Shown here piece by piece: positions 39,700 to 53,489 of a stretch of 64,000 bases of DNA. The stretch lies in the NCBI RefSeq assembly GCF_006345805.1, contig NC_042999.1, forward strand, positions 31,930,001-31,994,000. The letters run 5' to 3'. This DNA comes from Octopus sinensis. Lineage: Eukaryota. Both the position numbers and the translations under genes were made by a program. The notes under the pieces were generated by a model. The model did no database searches and was not told the DNA's origin. It saw only the letters and a program-made list of their open reading frames with translations. Each line of letters opens with the position of its first letter. Position 1 is the stretch's first letter.

Positions 39700-41000
39700 C
39701 ATTGTTTCCTTCTTAAATCTCCTCTTAAAATGCGACTTTTACGTAAAATTCACCAAACAACATAAGCTTTCTCTAGTCTGGCCTTCATTTCATAATGTAG
39801 AGTAGATCTTCACAGAAGCTTTCTTTCCGTATCTACCTCATCTTTGGCAGAGGACGTTCCTGTGGTGTTAACCTATCAATCAATCCACTCCGGAAATCAT
39901 TAATTTTTTTTAACAGTGTAAATCCTGCCAGTCATGACTACCACACACTTGAAGCGTCTTATTTCTTAGTTCTGCGACTGCTTCATAGAATGATGTAGTC
40001 AATCGCTGTTCCTGTGAGATGGTTTTCCTTACCAAAGATCGGAAATATGTGTTTTCGTTTTTGCAACGATTATGTTTTCTCCAGAATTTCCACTTTCGTA
40101 CATCCCAAATGATTTCGCATTCTCCTTGTTCATAGATTAAGAATAGATATTCATATACTGTTTGATTATTTCTCTACAATGTATAGTGGCTGCGGGACCT
40201 TACGAAGTTAAGAATGCTATATAATTCTTACGGCACTATTGTAATCTCTTCTTTGGTTTATGGAAATGAGCAACAGCGCATCTGGAACAGACATTGTGTC
40301 ACGCTCGGTAACACAATATGATTCTATCTCACTTAGTAATATATGCAACTACAGCCTGATTCGACTGTGTGATTATATATCAGCAACATGTTCCAATGAT
40401 TCCTCACGTATTGATTCGCTACGCCTCATAGCATCTGAACTTGAGAAGGTGCGACTTTAGTATATCATGATCTACACGCGAACTGAGTGGAATTGAGAGT
40501 GTGTTCTTTCAGCAGCAACAGTCTCCTTCGCCCGTCCTTACCTACGATAATACACATATTGTGCTCAAGTCACATAAAATTATTTCCTGGTGCTCATAGC
40601 ATTATACAATGCATTTTGACTATTAAACCTTCAATCCTACACAGTTAGGTTTTACAAAATGAGGATCAGGGCTCTGATCCAATTTTAGGGCAATGAAGAA
40701 CAGCTTGTTTCCAAGGTATCATTATACGTGCCTTATCAAAGTTGTTTCTGTAACTTGGACATTTAATACCTTGGTTAATTCAAGATACTCGCTGTGTAAC
40801 AGGACTATCATCCGTTCATTGTGTCAGAGATTATTTTGACGAATTTGACTTTAACAAATTTGGAAACCAGAATGAAGGCGTAGAGATAAGATAAATTATA
40901 GTTGGTTCTATAGAGGAAGTTGACACTTCCTCCAACGCAATTACGTACAGGAAATGTGAATGTCTTATCATCCCCAATGGTGATTATAATTATCACATCC
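39700..41000 (-). pseudogene. Very degraded Tx1/L1-like ORF2 (RT) relic
   Basis: ALKLDQS (~40680, like ALxxLDQSKAFDRV) and RCYEA*RIN (~40425, like YEAxSGAxIN); many stops. Confidence 0.3.
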
Positions 41001-42718
41001 TTTTCCTCTTAATTACTGTCTCAAGCATTTCATATCAAATGAATTATTGTGCTTGGTTTGTATAAGATAACAGTGAATTTCAGTGGCTTAGTTTTAATGC
41101 TCGACGACGTTTATTGTGATGATCTTAAAGTTATATTCAAATTCTTTGCAGAAAATATGTGGTATTTGGAAGTTCAAATGGCAGACATTATAGAATGGTA
41201 CATTGTTTGCTCGTCATCATTAGCATTTTTGTTTCAAAGCATTAGCAAATCATAAATATTACGTGAATTAATGCCAATTCTGCGGTATGCAATTTATCGA
41301 ATAATATGCTCCAAAAACTGCAGATATGTAAAGCATAATGATATATTATATAAGATGTATACGTTTTATTTTAAGAATATACTAATATGAACTAGTACTA
41401 TACAAGTTCATAATAAACGAGATTTCACCACATTAAATGCTGCATATGTTATTGCTGTGTTCGAAATGCTGAGCAAACGGTTAAATGAAATTAAAATTAA
41501 TTGTCTTACAAGGAAGCTATCTGTTATACGTTTTTATTGCATACTTGAAACGGCTAAGATTACCATAGTATTTTACATGATATTAAATATATGATGTCAG
41601 AAATATTTTGCATAGAGGAATAAGCATCTAGAAAAATCGATAAAATGTAAATCTAAATCATTAATAAGTCTTCCGTTTATGCATTTAGGAGGACAACATT
41701 AACTAATTCACTGATAGAATCCATATAAATGTTGTCACATTTTTGACACATGGATAAGATTAAAATGAATAACTGCTATATCGATCTACACGAAGTCGGT
41801 AAAATATTCATAAGATAAAAAAAAGTAAAATGTCATAGCTATTTAAAAAAAAAGCATTCATCTAACGTATTCTAATGTTTATACGAGATACACGTACGTG
41901 TAGGCACATACATGCCTGGGCACGTATATGTATATACATGTGGTTATACAGCAGTAAGTATATATAAATATAAATGAATATATAGACATGTATATATACA
42001 CATATGCAAAATTATGAATAAGCGTGGGATCTTTTCTTTTTCGTGGGCAGCACGATTAATTACTTTTCTTTAATTAAGCACTTTGAAACTTCGCATAGTG
42101 GTAGAATGTGACATGTAGAACATATTTTACTTCAGCTGAATACACGTCATTTATTGGTTGAAAATATCGAAATACGACAAATTTAACATGAAATAAGTTC
42201 GTAAATAGAAATTTTCTCAACAACGCTAAGAGTAAGAGATTCTCTATATCAAACATTCTACTAGTGTACCAAGTTTCTAAGTGTTTAGTTAATGAAAATT
42301 ACTTAATTGAGTTGCGCATGAAAAGGAAAAGATCCTAAGCGTGTATAAAACTATATATGCATATGCGTAACGTGTATAGAAATAGGTATATATACACACA
42401 TATTTATATATATGAATACACATATATTACATATATATCAATATATATATAATTTTTTTTATTAAACCTGGAAACTTAACACAAAACAGTTACTCAGAAT
42501 TTTAAGTTCTATTTTGTTGGACTGTTGTGACAAAATACTCACCTATACACACACACACATACGCGCACATACACACACATATGTATACAAATATACATTA
42601 TATATATATACATATATGTGTGCGTATGCATATATATATACGCAGATGCATGTATATATATATATATATATATGAAAAAAAAGTCAAGATAGAAAATTCT
42701 AAAATAATTTTATAAAGA

Positions 42719-42855
42719 ACAGTTCCTCACTAACAGACGCAATAATCACTAAGGCCATACAAGTTTCAAGGCGTTCGTAATGTTATTAAGGGTCTGATTA
42801 AAGCGTAGCGCACAGAACTACATCTAACAACCACCTATTTCGGACAACGAATGCT

Positions 42856-42951
<96 letters not shown>

Positions 42952-43294
42952 AGTACATGCATATGTATATACACACACATATGTATTTCTACATGTATTT
43001 TATACATACATACAAGCATAGATGTGTGTGTGCGTGTATCTGTTTGTGTGTGAATGTGTGAGTCTATGTGTGTGTCTGCACGCACGCCTGTATGTATACA
43101 TATGCGAAATATGTTCCTTTTATGTCTACGCGAAAAGAAAGAGCGTGTCACAGTTCCTCACTAACAGATGCAATAATCACTAAGGCCATACAAGTTTCAA
43201 AGTGTTCGTAATGTTATTAAGGGTCTGATTTAAACGTAGCGCACAGAACTATATCTAACAACCACCTATCTCGTACAACGAATGCTACAAATAT
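42719..43294. repeat. ~145-bp direct repeat (42719-42863 / 43150-43294) flanking a TA/TG-rich block
   Basis: acagttcctcactaacaga..gaatgctacaaatat is present twice with about 10 substitutions. Confidence 0.92.
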
Positions 43295-43374
43295 CTCAGT
43301 GTCGACTAGTTTATTACGTCCATTTGTACTATCAGTAATTCTAGAGTGTCAGACATTAACTTTGCACACTATTT

Positions 43375-43734
43375 TACTCTTTTACTTGTTTCAGTCATTT
43401 GACTACGGCCATGCTGGAGCATCGCCTTTGGTCGAGCAAATCGAACCCAGGACATATTCTTTGTAAGTCTAGTACTTATTCTATCGGTCACTTTTGCGGA
43501 ATCGCTAGGTTACGGGGACGCAAACACACCTGCATCGGTTGTCAAGCGATGCTGGAGGAACAAACGCAGACACACAAATGCCCACACACACACAGACAAA
43601 CATATACGACAGGCTTCTTTCAGTTTCCATTTACCAAAGGCTTTGGTCGGCCCGAGGCTATAGAAGAATACACTTGCCCAAGGTGCCACGCAGTGGGACT
43701 GAACCCGGAACCATGTAGTTGGTAAATAAGCTAC
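43375..43734 (-). mobile_element. SINE family A body and tail, downstream part of a split copy
   Basis: Starts at gtagcttatttaccaactacatgg on the minus strand, i.e. mid-head. Confidence 0.88.
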
Positions 43735-46006
43735 TTTATTTCATAACATTTGCCATAAAGGCAGTACATAGATTAAGTTAGCTTTGCGGGCTGGACGAGG
43801 ACATTAATGAAGTGAATGATAATGAAAGAAAGATGATGGGGATGGGAGAAGACAAAAAGCGCCCGGCGACTTCTGCTTCTCTAAAACATTGTTCTTTTTA
43901 AAAACAAACACAAAACGAGGTATTAAACCTCTTACGATTTTTTCAATTTTTGGACTTAGCAGTCCATTACTAATAACAACATAGTTCAATAATTACATAT
44001 ATAAATACAATACACAAAGCCCCTCCTCCCAGACCTGGCTTACACTTCCCTTAGGAATGCGCCAGCTCTAGGTCGGGGCCCCTGAAGTCGTATCACAATT
44101 TGACTCGTCCTCGAAATAACTTGTGCCCGCGCCCTCCACCATCCACCATGCCTCCCTCAGAACGTAATCGAGTTCCGAGTTAGCGTCGCCCGGGACCAAG
44201 CTATAATCCTCATTGAGCTCCTTCAGCCTAAGCGTCACGTCGAACGCCACGGCCTCCACAGCTACCTGCGGAGGCCATTCGGGGCCCTGTGTGAAGGCTA
44301 AAGGTGTTCCCTTGTGGTGCTTTTTCATCACCTTTTCAATTTCTCCGCCTCTATAGAAGAGGATCAATACGTTCAATTCTTTCGTTGGCGGCACAGTTCC
44401 CGCCAACGGTATTTCTTCTCCTGTCGGTGGCACAACCCCAACCGACGTAGTTCCGGGACATTCCGGTGCTATGTCACCGACAGCCGGTAATGTCCCGTTT
44501 CTCTTCCTCTTTTTCTTTTTTTTCTTTTCAACTGAGGGAGGGTGCGTCTCCTCCGTGGCCGGAAGATTCGCCTTTCCCTCCTCATCCCTAGTATCCTTTG
44601 GTGAGCACCCATTGTTGCTCACCTTCCTCTTTCGGCCTCTGTTTGAGGAGTCCTCTGCTTCCTCGGCCGTTATCATTCCCTCTTCTACAGGGGTTTCACT
44701 TAACTGTTCCGGGATCCTATTTTGTTCCCGGGGACAGTTCTTCTTTATGTGGCCGGACTCCAAGCACCGATGACACCTAGGAGGGCGACCCTCAAGCATC
44801 ACCGGATACCTGCACCCGGCCATTTTCAAAAAATCTGGAAGAACCAGATTGGCTGACTGGGTCCAAAGGGTTCAAATTGCTTTTGACCCAACCCAAGCAG
44901 ACGCAGGAAGAACTTTTACATTAAGGAGGTTGGTTTCGCTGCTACCCAGACCCCGGCGGATAGTCTCCTCTATCCACTCGGGTTCTATCCCGGGTGGCAG
45001 CCCGCAAATCCAAGCTTTCGTCAGTCTCTTTTTTTGGTACGTGGGCAGAAATACAATTTCCTTACCCTTCAGGGGTTTGCTAGCAAATTTGCAAGCCTCT
45101 TCAGGGGTGTCAAATAGCAACCACACCGTTGCATATTTGACATCCCTGGAAATGAATTTAATTGTTGGCAAATACTCTGCCAACTCCTTTTCAATTGCCG
45201 TCTTTTCGAATAGGGCGATGGTGTCGAGTGCCTTGGAGTAGGTTCTCAACACCACCGTCCTATCTTCACGGTCTTTTAACCACTTTTTAGGCGGTATGAT
45301 CTCCCATTCCAAAATTTTGTTATTTTTCATTGCCATGTTTTTTTTTGTTTTGTTTTTTTTTTAAATATATTCAAATTAAACTTAAAAAGCGAGAAGAAAA
45401 AAGTTCAAAAGTCCAAATAAAATTTGATAGATTTTTGAAAAAACAAAAAGGAGAAAGCACAACAGAAGGGAAGAAATCAACGGAAAGTCGCAATAAACAA
45501 AAAAAAACAAAATGGGGAGTTAAATGAAGTTCAAAAGAAAGTTAATAAACAGAAAAAACACAGCAAAACCCTTCTAGCCTTACGGTACTCCCGGCCTGAG
45601 TTGAACCTGGAACACAACCTCCACAAAAATGGGTCCGAAAGGTAATCCAACAGTGGCTTATTTTTATAATTTTCCTGGGAAGTACTCTGACAAGGGAATA
45701 AATTCAACAAACCCAAACACAGCACAGTAACTGTCTTGGGTTCCGAGGATACGCCCCTCCACTGTTTTTTTTCAATAAAAACAAAAACGGCAGCCGCCGA
45801 GAGCAGGCGAAATTGTCTCAGAGTTGGACACAACTTACTGAAATAATAATTGGCACGTAATAAAGTATGCCCAACTCACAATAAACAAAATCCCTCACGT
45901 CGACAACTTTCCGTTTTTTGTCTTTTTTTCTATAATTGGACGGAGCTGGTTACTCACGTCCACTCTGGCTCAACAGGAAGCAACTGACTAACTGCGCATG
46001 TGTGTT
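43735..46006 (-). mobile_element. ORF1-only non-LTR retroelement (HAL1-like, Tx1/L1-related), ~2.27 kb
   Basis: ~670-nt 5' UTR, one gag-like ORF, ~330-nt 3' UTR ending in AATAAA (43740-43735); flanked by GTAGCTTGCT (46016-46007) and GTAGCTTATT (43734-43725); no RT/EN and no LTR. Confidence 0.8.
44068..45336 (-). pseudogene. ORF1/gag-like nucleic-acid chaperone (RRM-like N-terminus + CCHC knuckle), ~422 codons with one in-frame TGA
   Basis: The 154-aa and 253-aa ORFs are in the same frame, separated by TGA (44874-44872) plus 14 sense codons; knuckle CHRCLESGHIKKNC; basic KKKKKKRKR patch. Confidence 0.85.
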
Positions 46007-46040
46007 AGCAAGCTACATACCACACAACCACTCCTATATA
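46007..46040 (-). mobile_element. 5' head fragment of the SINE A copy split by the ORF1-only element
   Basis: ataggagtggttgtgtggtatgtagcttgct on the minus strand matches the first ~30 nt of family A. Confidence 0.85.
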
Positions 46041-46444
46041 CGAGACTGAGAGCTGCCTGTATTTGATTCAATCACACGGGGCACGTGCTGGTACCTATAT
46101 TTGAAATATTGTGATGTGCACTTCAAGAAATACTGAATTTGGACATCACGCTAGGAAGTAGCTGATAACTACTAATATCTTTGTTGTTAAAATGAGACTG
46201 ACAAAATGTAAATTGAACGGTGCGATACGACAGGTCTGTCGTTATCGAGTTTGAATTGCATATCATATCACTCAGATTACACCCACTTAGCAAGATAAAA
46301 ATATTACGTAACATGTATACTCAACAGCGAAAGTAAATAACGTAATGGCTTTGAGTGGAACACTTCTAAACAGTTACAGCTGTTCCATGGAAAACCATCC
46401 TGGCCGGAATGGCGTGGAAAAATACACACTTGCAGTGGAAATCC

Positions 46445-46865
46445 TCAGTGCTATGCTATAAGAAGTTAGCTTTCCAAGCATGTGGTTATATATTCTGTCC
46501 CACTGTCTACCACCTTGCGTAAATGTCTTCTATTCTGGCTCGGCCGACCAAAATATTTTTGAACCAATATGGAAAATAGGGACTGAAAATAGGAGATTTT
46601 GTGCGTGAGTATTTGGATGTGGGCATGTGTGTGTGGGAATGCATGCGTTGGTTTTTGTTTCTATGTTCATCCTTGAACACCACTTGACAACCAGCATTGA
46701 CACCCCGCATCTTAACAATTGAACAAAATAGACACATTAAATAGGGACCAGTTTTAAAAATAAAAGTATTGATGTCAGTTCGTTCGACAAAACTTCTTCA
46801 ACGCCGTACACCAGCATGATTGCAGTCAAATAACTGAAACAAATGGAAGATAAACGGGATAAAAA
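46445..46865 (+). mobile_element. Old degraded SINE family A
   Basis: Remnants gtcccactg..caccttg, ctcggccgacc and gcagtcaaataactgaaacaa. Confidence 0.55.
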
Positions 46866-47920
46866 TAGTGTGTGTGTGTATTTGCGTGTGTGTTTGTGTG
46901 CATGCCTCCGTGTGTAATATATATATATATATATATATAGACGCAAGAACGCAGGCCAACTACTCCACCTATTCAAGCAAGGTTGACAGGGAGGAGACAA
47001 CGACTGCACAGAAGACGTGTTCTTTGTACGAAGGGTGGTGTGTGAAAAGAAGCAAAGTTTGTGAGCAGTGAGATGTCTCGCTCTGTATCGCACCGTGTTT
47101 ACGAATATACCACACTGAGAATTGTCTCTCAATACACGACAAATTTTCTTGTATGAAAACTTAAGTATTTAGTGCAGGGACTCATATTGGTACAAAGCAC
47201 CGACTGTCCCTATTAAATCCGGCTGCAATTGGATAAAACTATATACACGATCGTAATCGAAAATCATTTTCTCTGATGACCATAACAAGACTGGAATTAT
47301 TCTATATTTTAACAATGATAAATACTTGTAAACCTTCTAATAAAACAGCAGCCCACTGACTGCAAACTTAGATGCTGTATTTTGCAAGGCGAATAAGTAA
47401 TGATCCAGAGTGAGAATGTCCGACAAATAGGAATGGCTTGTCAACTTTTAGAAACACTGAGAGCAGGAACAGAAAATTAATGAGAAACTCATAGAAATTG
47501 CCGTATTTGAACTAGCTGCCTAACAATATATTTCATGAAAAAAGAACGATATGGCTTTATTTTATTGTTATTTCTTCTGAAAAGAACAACACAAAATGAA
47601 TAACATTCTATAAATAAAATAATTTTGTATTGTATTGATTCTACATTTAAAGTTACTGTGCAGAAAATACATGCAAATAGGTACATCATGTATACGCAGG
47701 CATCAATAGAAATGGAATAATAACACTTTTCCACTGAGTTGACTCACAGACTCGCTACTTGCACTTATATGCGCACCAATATCCTCACGTATACATATTT
47801 CTACGCACGAGCAAGTTTTGATATTCTCATATCGAAGGAGATGGCTTCACTTAAGACAAACAGCTTTACCATTTTTATCATTGAGTAGCTTAAAAGACAC
47901 ATACACGCACAGACATTCAG

Positions 47921-47957
<37 letters not shown>

Positions 47958-48356
47958 GATACACATTACACACACGTATGCACACACAAATACACACACA
48001 CACTGACCTACGCACAAACACAATCACACACAAAAACACACACATGTATATCCGAAGACAAAATTACTACAACATCAAGCTTTTCCTTCCTGGAGTCTTT
48101 ATTTGTAACTGGAGTCTATATTTTTAAATGTGAAATGTCAAAAATTAAGTCATTTCTAAAGTTTACACTGGTGCTTTCAATTCTCCAGAACTTTACTATA
48201 TCTAAAATTTTGTGCGTTTTCAGCAGCTTGCGTATTTTGATTATGTAGCATGCTACGTTCCTCATAATGAGGTGAAGAGTTTCAATTTTTCCTATATTCG
48301 GAAGTAAGCAATCCAGTTCTTTGTTCATGAGTATCAAGGTTAATATCAATGAAACA

Positions 48357-48545
48357 TAAGGCAGTGACCTGACAGAATCGTTAGACATGCCAGGCAAGAT
48401 GCTCAGCCGCTTTTCACCGCCTGGAAGCTCAGAGTTCAAATTCTTCCGAGTCAGATTTTGCCTCATATCTTTTCCAGTTGGAGGAAATATGCACTGGACT
48501 CAATGTAATCGACTAGCTTCTACCGCCGAACTTGCTCTCCTTAAG
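48357..48545 (+). mobile_element. Degraded SINE family B
   Basis: aaggcagtgacctgacagaatcgttag..cagagttcaaattcttccgagtcagattttgcc. Confidence 0.6.
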
Positions 48546-50742
48546 CCAAAGTTTGAAATCAGTATTAATCAAACATATATCTTGCAAGTATGTACACTGC
48601 TGAAGCTCTCTGACTCACTGACGTCTCTAAATAAACCGAACCTTATACTAGACGCTGATGCCTTAAATAATCGTTACCAAAGGCATATTTTTATGTGCGC
48701 AGCGAAAGCTTGGACATTAAGTTGGTTTAATTAACCTAACCGTCTATAAATAATTTTATTTAAAATTGGATAAATTGCACATTTGCTCAATCTCCGTTTT
48801 CAAGTGTAAGAAGTAGAAAGAGCACCTTTGTACTCTAAATACTATTTCCTTTTAAAACATTAACATTCTGTATACTTTCATTTGCGGCTTCTTTTCTATC
48901 TACATTTTAAGTTGGCCTGAATCGCAGTTACCACTTTTGTAAATGCAAACATTGTACTGTTATAAAGTCTGCTTCAATGAACCTGTTACAAAGACTTAAT
49001 ACTTTCTAGGAAGCCATATTCTGTTCCAAACATAGAAAAATTTTCAAACCACCATTTTCTTCATTTCAGTGTCTACATATTCATGATACTATTAGCTTTT
49101 GTATTTTCATAATATCTATTTTGTGCGAAGCCAAGCTATAACGACTTATTTTCCACGTGTTGGGAGAAGGAATGTAAAATTGTATTATAATACCTCCTGC
49201 TTTCATTTCTGTAATATAGTTATTATAAAAGTATAAGCAAGAACAACACACGCTGATAGAATTAACTTAATTGCCTTTAAGTAGCATCTTAAAGCGTAGT
49301 TGTGTTTCGAAAAAAACCTAATCGGTTTAATGAAATTGCATTAATGAATCTTACCTGAAGATAAGCTATAAGAAAATCAATAATAATTCCTGTCCAATGA
49401 AGTTCTGCTACTTTTCGTATTATTTTTCATTTACTGCTATGCTGTTTCGCGTGCAAAGTCAAATACTCACACATACATTGAGAGACATAAACTCAGAGAT
49501 ACATTCGGCTACATTCTCCGCATAGTTATAGCTATCACTCCACATTGATGGAAAATATAATTTGGAAGATAAAATAACACGATTTTTTTCAATGGCAACA
49601 TGTATGTAATGCAATGAAAATATTGTCTATTCGTTCCATCAGATTTATCTTTTCTATTAATGCGACTGACGACAGAATATAGAATGAATTTTACTGCTAA
49701 TACTTTTCTGCCGCATAAAATACTAATAATATTTTCAAACTCACTTTTTTGCCGTTTCATTGTCTGCTTTGAATTGTTTAATATAGTTTTGATTATTCAT
49801 CACATTATGCTTTTTTTTTTCTTTTTGTTTCCTTCCTCTAATCTATAGGCACTCGCGCCCAGGCGTACGCACACGAACCTGATGCAGCTACCATGGAGGT
49901 TGCTTTTCTATAATTAACTTTGAATTTGATGGAAAGACGACATGTTAGGCTAAAAAAAATCTGTGGTTTCAAAATCTATTATGTTTAATTCCAAAATTTA
50001 TTGCTCTTACTATTCAGAAAATGCAGCACTCTGAACATGTGAATTTTCTGTAACATGAAGAAGCCAAGAATTCTCAATCAACATAATCATTTTTTAATTT
50101 GACAGATTGCGCTTCGAAGGCAATTCAAGTTGCAGTTATTTACACCATAGATTTCTACCACATTTCGTTGACATAATTGTTTCTTAATATTAAAGGCGCT
50201 TTGGTTGTTATTTATATCAGGGCGAACGACTAACGAACGTCTAACCTCTGTTCGTTTTTATATATTTTACTTTTCAAATACACTCTTAGAATATGGGCTT
50301 TCAATTTTACATTTCTGATGCCGATACATTATAATGTATTGGAAACAAGCCAATGCGTTTCATTATACAATGCACTTGATTTTATTATATAATCCAACTA
50401 AAGAGGTGAACAATGTTATTAATTCGGATCCAGTAAATCTTTCTTCTTAATTGTTCCGTGCGAAATTTTCAGGAATAGTCTAAGAATATTTGGCAACATA
50501 CGTAAATCTACTTTAGGCTACAATTATCATTGACACGAATCTGACAATAGGCAAAATCACTTCATACGGTATCGATGATATTTAGCGAAATGATAAGGCG
50601 AAAAGCTCTCCATCGTTCCTACAAATTAAAAATCTTACCATATATAGCTAAATGATAATTGAAGCAATATTGTGGGAAGCAAGTTATTGTAGATATATAG
50701 ATATATTTATATGATAATTAATTATATACACAACAAATATAT

Positions 50743-50803
<61 letters not shown>

Positions 50804-50834
50804 GTATACATATATATACATATATATATATATA

Positions 50835-51170
50835 AATAAATGAAAGTATGGAGTCGAGCGAAGATGTTAACAAAATTCCTTTACTCTCAACATATGTCTC
50901 ATTCCAAAGGAATAAATGGTGCATTACGCAAACTTTATTCCTTTGCAATGAAACCATGTTGTCTTCGAAACATAGGTCGAGAGTAAAGGAATTTTGTTAA
51001 CATCTTCGTTCGACTCCATTCTTTCATTTATTCATATACAACACACACATTTCGGAGTTTCTACCCTTGGACAGGTCGCTTCAACCGTGTTTCTGACGTG
51101 AATTTGCTACCCTGGTTTCGGTTCAACGAATTTTCCATGCTGACGATAAACATAGGATAATTCATTCACC
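50835..51170 (+). mobile_element. Short fold-back element between TA arrays, probably a PLE 3' end with inverted 5' duplication
   Basis: 50835-50916 is the reverse complement of 50934-51032 (left arm has a ~17-bp deletion), 17-nt loop; a unique ~140-bp tail follows. Confidence 0.6.
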
Positions 51171-51185
51171 TATTTATATATATAT

Positions 51186-51223
<38 letters not shown>

Positions 51224-51357
51224 AGAAAATAGTAAAGTGTGAAAAAACGACAGAAGGCTTAAATGTTAAAAAATATATATATTTGTGTCAAAATGTCTGG
51301 AGAATATTGGAAAAATTTTTTTCCTTTCCTTAAAATGACATAATTTTAAAATTTTTA

Positions 51358-51397
51358 AAGAAATTACCGGTTTCGCGTGTAGCTTTTCAAATTTCTT
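51358..51397 (-). ncRNA. Minimal type I hammerhead ribozyme (U3-A8 variant), inverted-arm copy
   Basis: Exact reverse complement of 53490-53529. Confidence 0.72.
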
Positions 51398-51700
51398 GTG
51401 ACGTTATGTTTATATTGCATGGAATTATCGTTGTTTTTATTTCCAGGAGATTTCTAAATAAGGGGAGGTAGTGAGTGATTTTTTCCGGTGTAGGGGAGAT
51501 AATCGCTTAAAAAATTTTTTTTCCCATTTCCTTGTTAATTTCTCTGTGTCAGTATGTTCGGATGGTTGAGTCTGGGTTTGTACTTTTCAATGAAGAATGT
51601 TTCCTTGTTCAGTCTCATTTGTGTTGATGATCCGAAAGCACATTGGTAAAATGGGAAGATTAAAAATTGTGGCATTAGTTGCTTTGCGCATTTCTCAATT

Positions 51701-53352
51701 CATAAAAGTCAAATTATAAATGAAACCATTAAAAAATCACCAAAGACATACATACACACACCTAATCCGGGGGACCTAAAACTACGACCCATTGTAGCTG
51801 GCCCAACCTGTGAAACACACAGACTAAGTCTACTTATGGACATCCTCTTGAAACCCTTCCTTAAAATATCGATAGCCATATCAGAGATGACTTAGATATG
51901 TTAAACCACCTTCCAAAAAAAACCAAGGAAGAAACAATCCTGGTTTCATTTGATGTAGTCAACTTGTATACCAGTATACCTCATAATTATGGACTGGAGG
52001 CAATACAATTCTGGTTAGACCAATTTCCGGAAGAAATACCAAAAAGGATCAGTAAGGAATTCATTACTAAATCAATTGAATTCATCCTACACAATAACCA
52101 CTTCATGTTTGACAATACATTTTACCGTCAAAAATCCGGAATTGCTATGGGTACAAGGGCAGCACCAGTCATTGCGAACTTAACAATGGGATACATGGAA
52201 ATAATCATTTACCAGGAATCTCTATCAATCTTTGGAAACTCCCTCTCTCAATACATAAAAGAGAATTGGAAACGATTCCTAGACGATTGTTTCATTCTCT
52301 GGAATGAAAACATAGATAAACTCCTAAAATTTAAAAACCTATTGAATAGCATAAACCCAAATATACAGTTCACAATGGAATACAACCAAAAGGAGCTCCC
52401 GTTCTTGGATATACTAATTAAAAAAATTAACCTTAAAATAGAAACAGACATTTTTTACAAAGCCACAGACGCCAAACAATACCTTCTTTTTAATTCATGC
52501 CACCCAAGACACACTAAAACAAACATCCCCTTCAACCTTGCAAGAAGGATATGCACAATAGTGTCAGAACAAAATACCAGGAACTTTAGACTGCAAGAAC
52601 TCAAAAACACCCTAATTGACAGACATTACCCAGCTCAACTCATAGAGGATGGGATCAGACGTGCAACAGAAATCAACATAGAAACTTTAAGAAAAGTTCA
52701 ACACAACAACACACCTCCCCGAAAATACTACCTACATATCTACATACAACCCCAGAAACAAAGAAGCCTTCACCATCATCACCCAGAATTTACCAATACT
52801 TCATAAAAACCCAAAATTAAAGGAAATTCTAAACATACACCAAATCATTAAAAGCTACAAACAGCCTAAATCACTTAAAAAGATTCTCACAAAGGCAAAA
52901 TTGTCTTCTAAAATTACGGATGCAAAAGTAAAAAAATGTGGTAGATCGAACTGTGCAACATGTCCTAACCTATTGGAAGGATCAGAATTCTTCTTTAAAG
53001 AGGGACAGAAATTTAAGATCAAATCTAACTTTACTTGTGCCTCTGAAAACATAATTTATGTTATTAAATGCTCGGGCTGCCACCAAGACTACGTGGGTTC
53101 CACGGACTATCACTCAGGCGCAGATGCACACTGCATCGACAACAGATTGCATTCCCAGAATATAGAATGATACCTTTTAGTGAGCACATTGAGAAATGCG
53201 CAAAGCAACTAATGCCACAATTTTTAATCTTCCCATTTTACCAATGTGCTTTCGGATCATCAACACAAATGAGACTGAACAAGGAAACATTCTTCATTGA
53301 AAAGTACAAACCCAGACTCAACCATCCGAACATACTGACACAGAGAAATTAA
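51701..53352 (+). pseudogene. PLE reverse transcriptase + GIY-YIG endonuclease (frameshifted, N-terminally truncated)
   Basis: LRPIVAG, SFDVVNLYTSIP, GIAMGTRAAP, RFLDDCF, LPFLDI; linker KCGRSNCATC; NIIYVIKCSGCHQDYVGST; ends KPRLN. Confidence 0.94.
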
Positions 53353-53489
53353 CAAGGAAATGGGAAAAAAAAATTTTTAAGCGATTATCTCCCCTACACC
53401 GGAAAAAATCACTCACTACCTCCCCTTATTTAGAAATCTCCTGGAAATAAAAACAACGATAATTCCATGCAATATAAACATAACGTCAC

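Noticed and set aside
44872-44874. Programmed readthrough or selenocysteine at the in-frame TGA of ORF1
   Set aside because: The context TGA-ACC is not a known readthrough signal and no SECIS was evident; a point mutation (e.g. CGA>TGA) is simpler.
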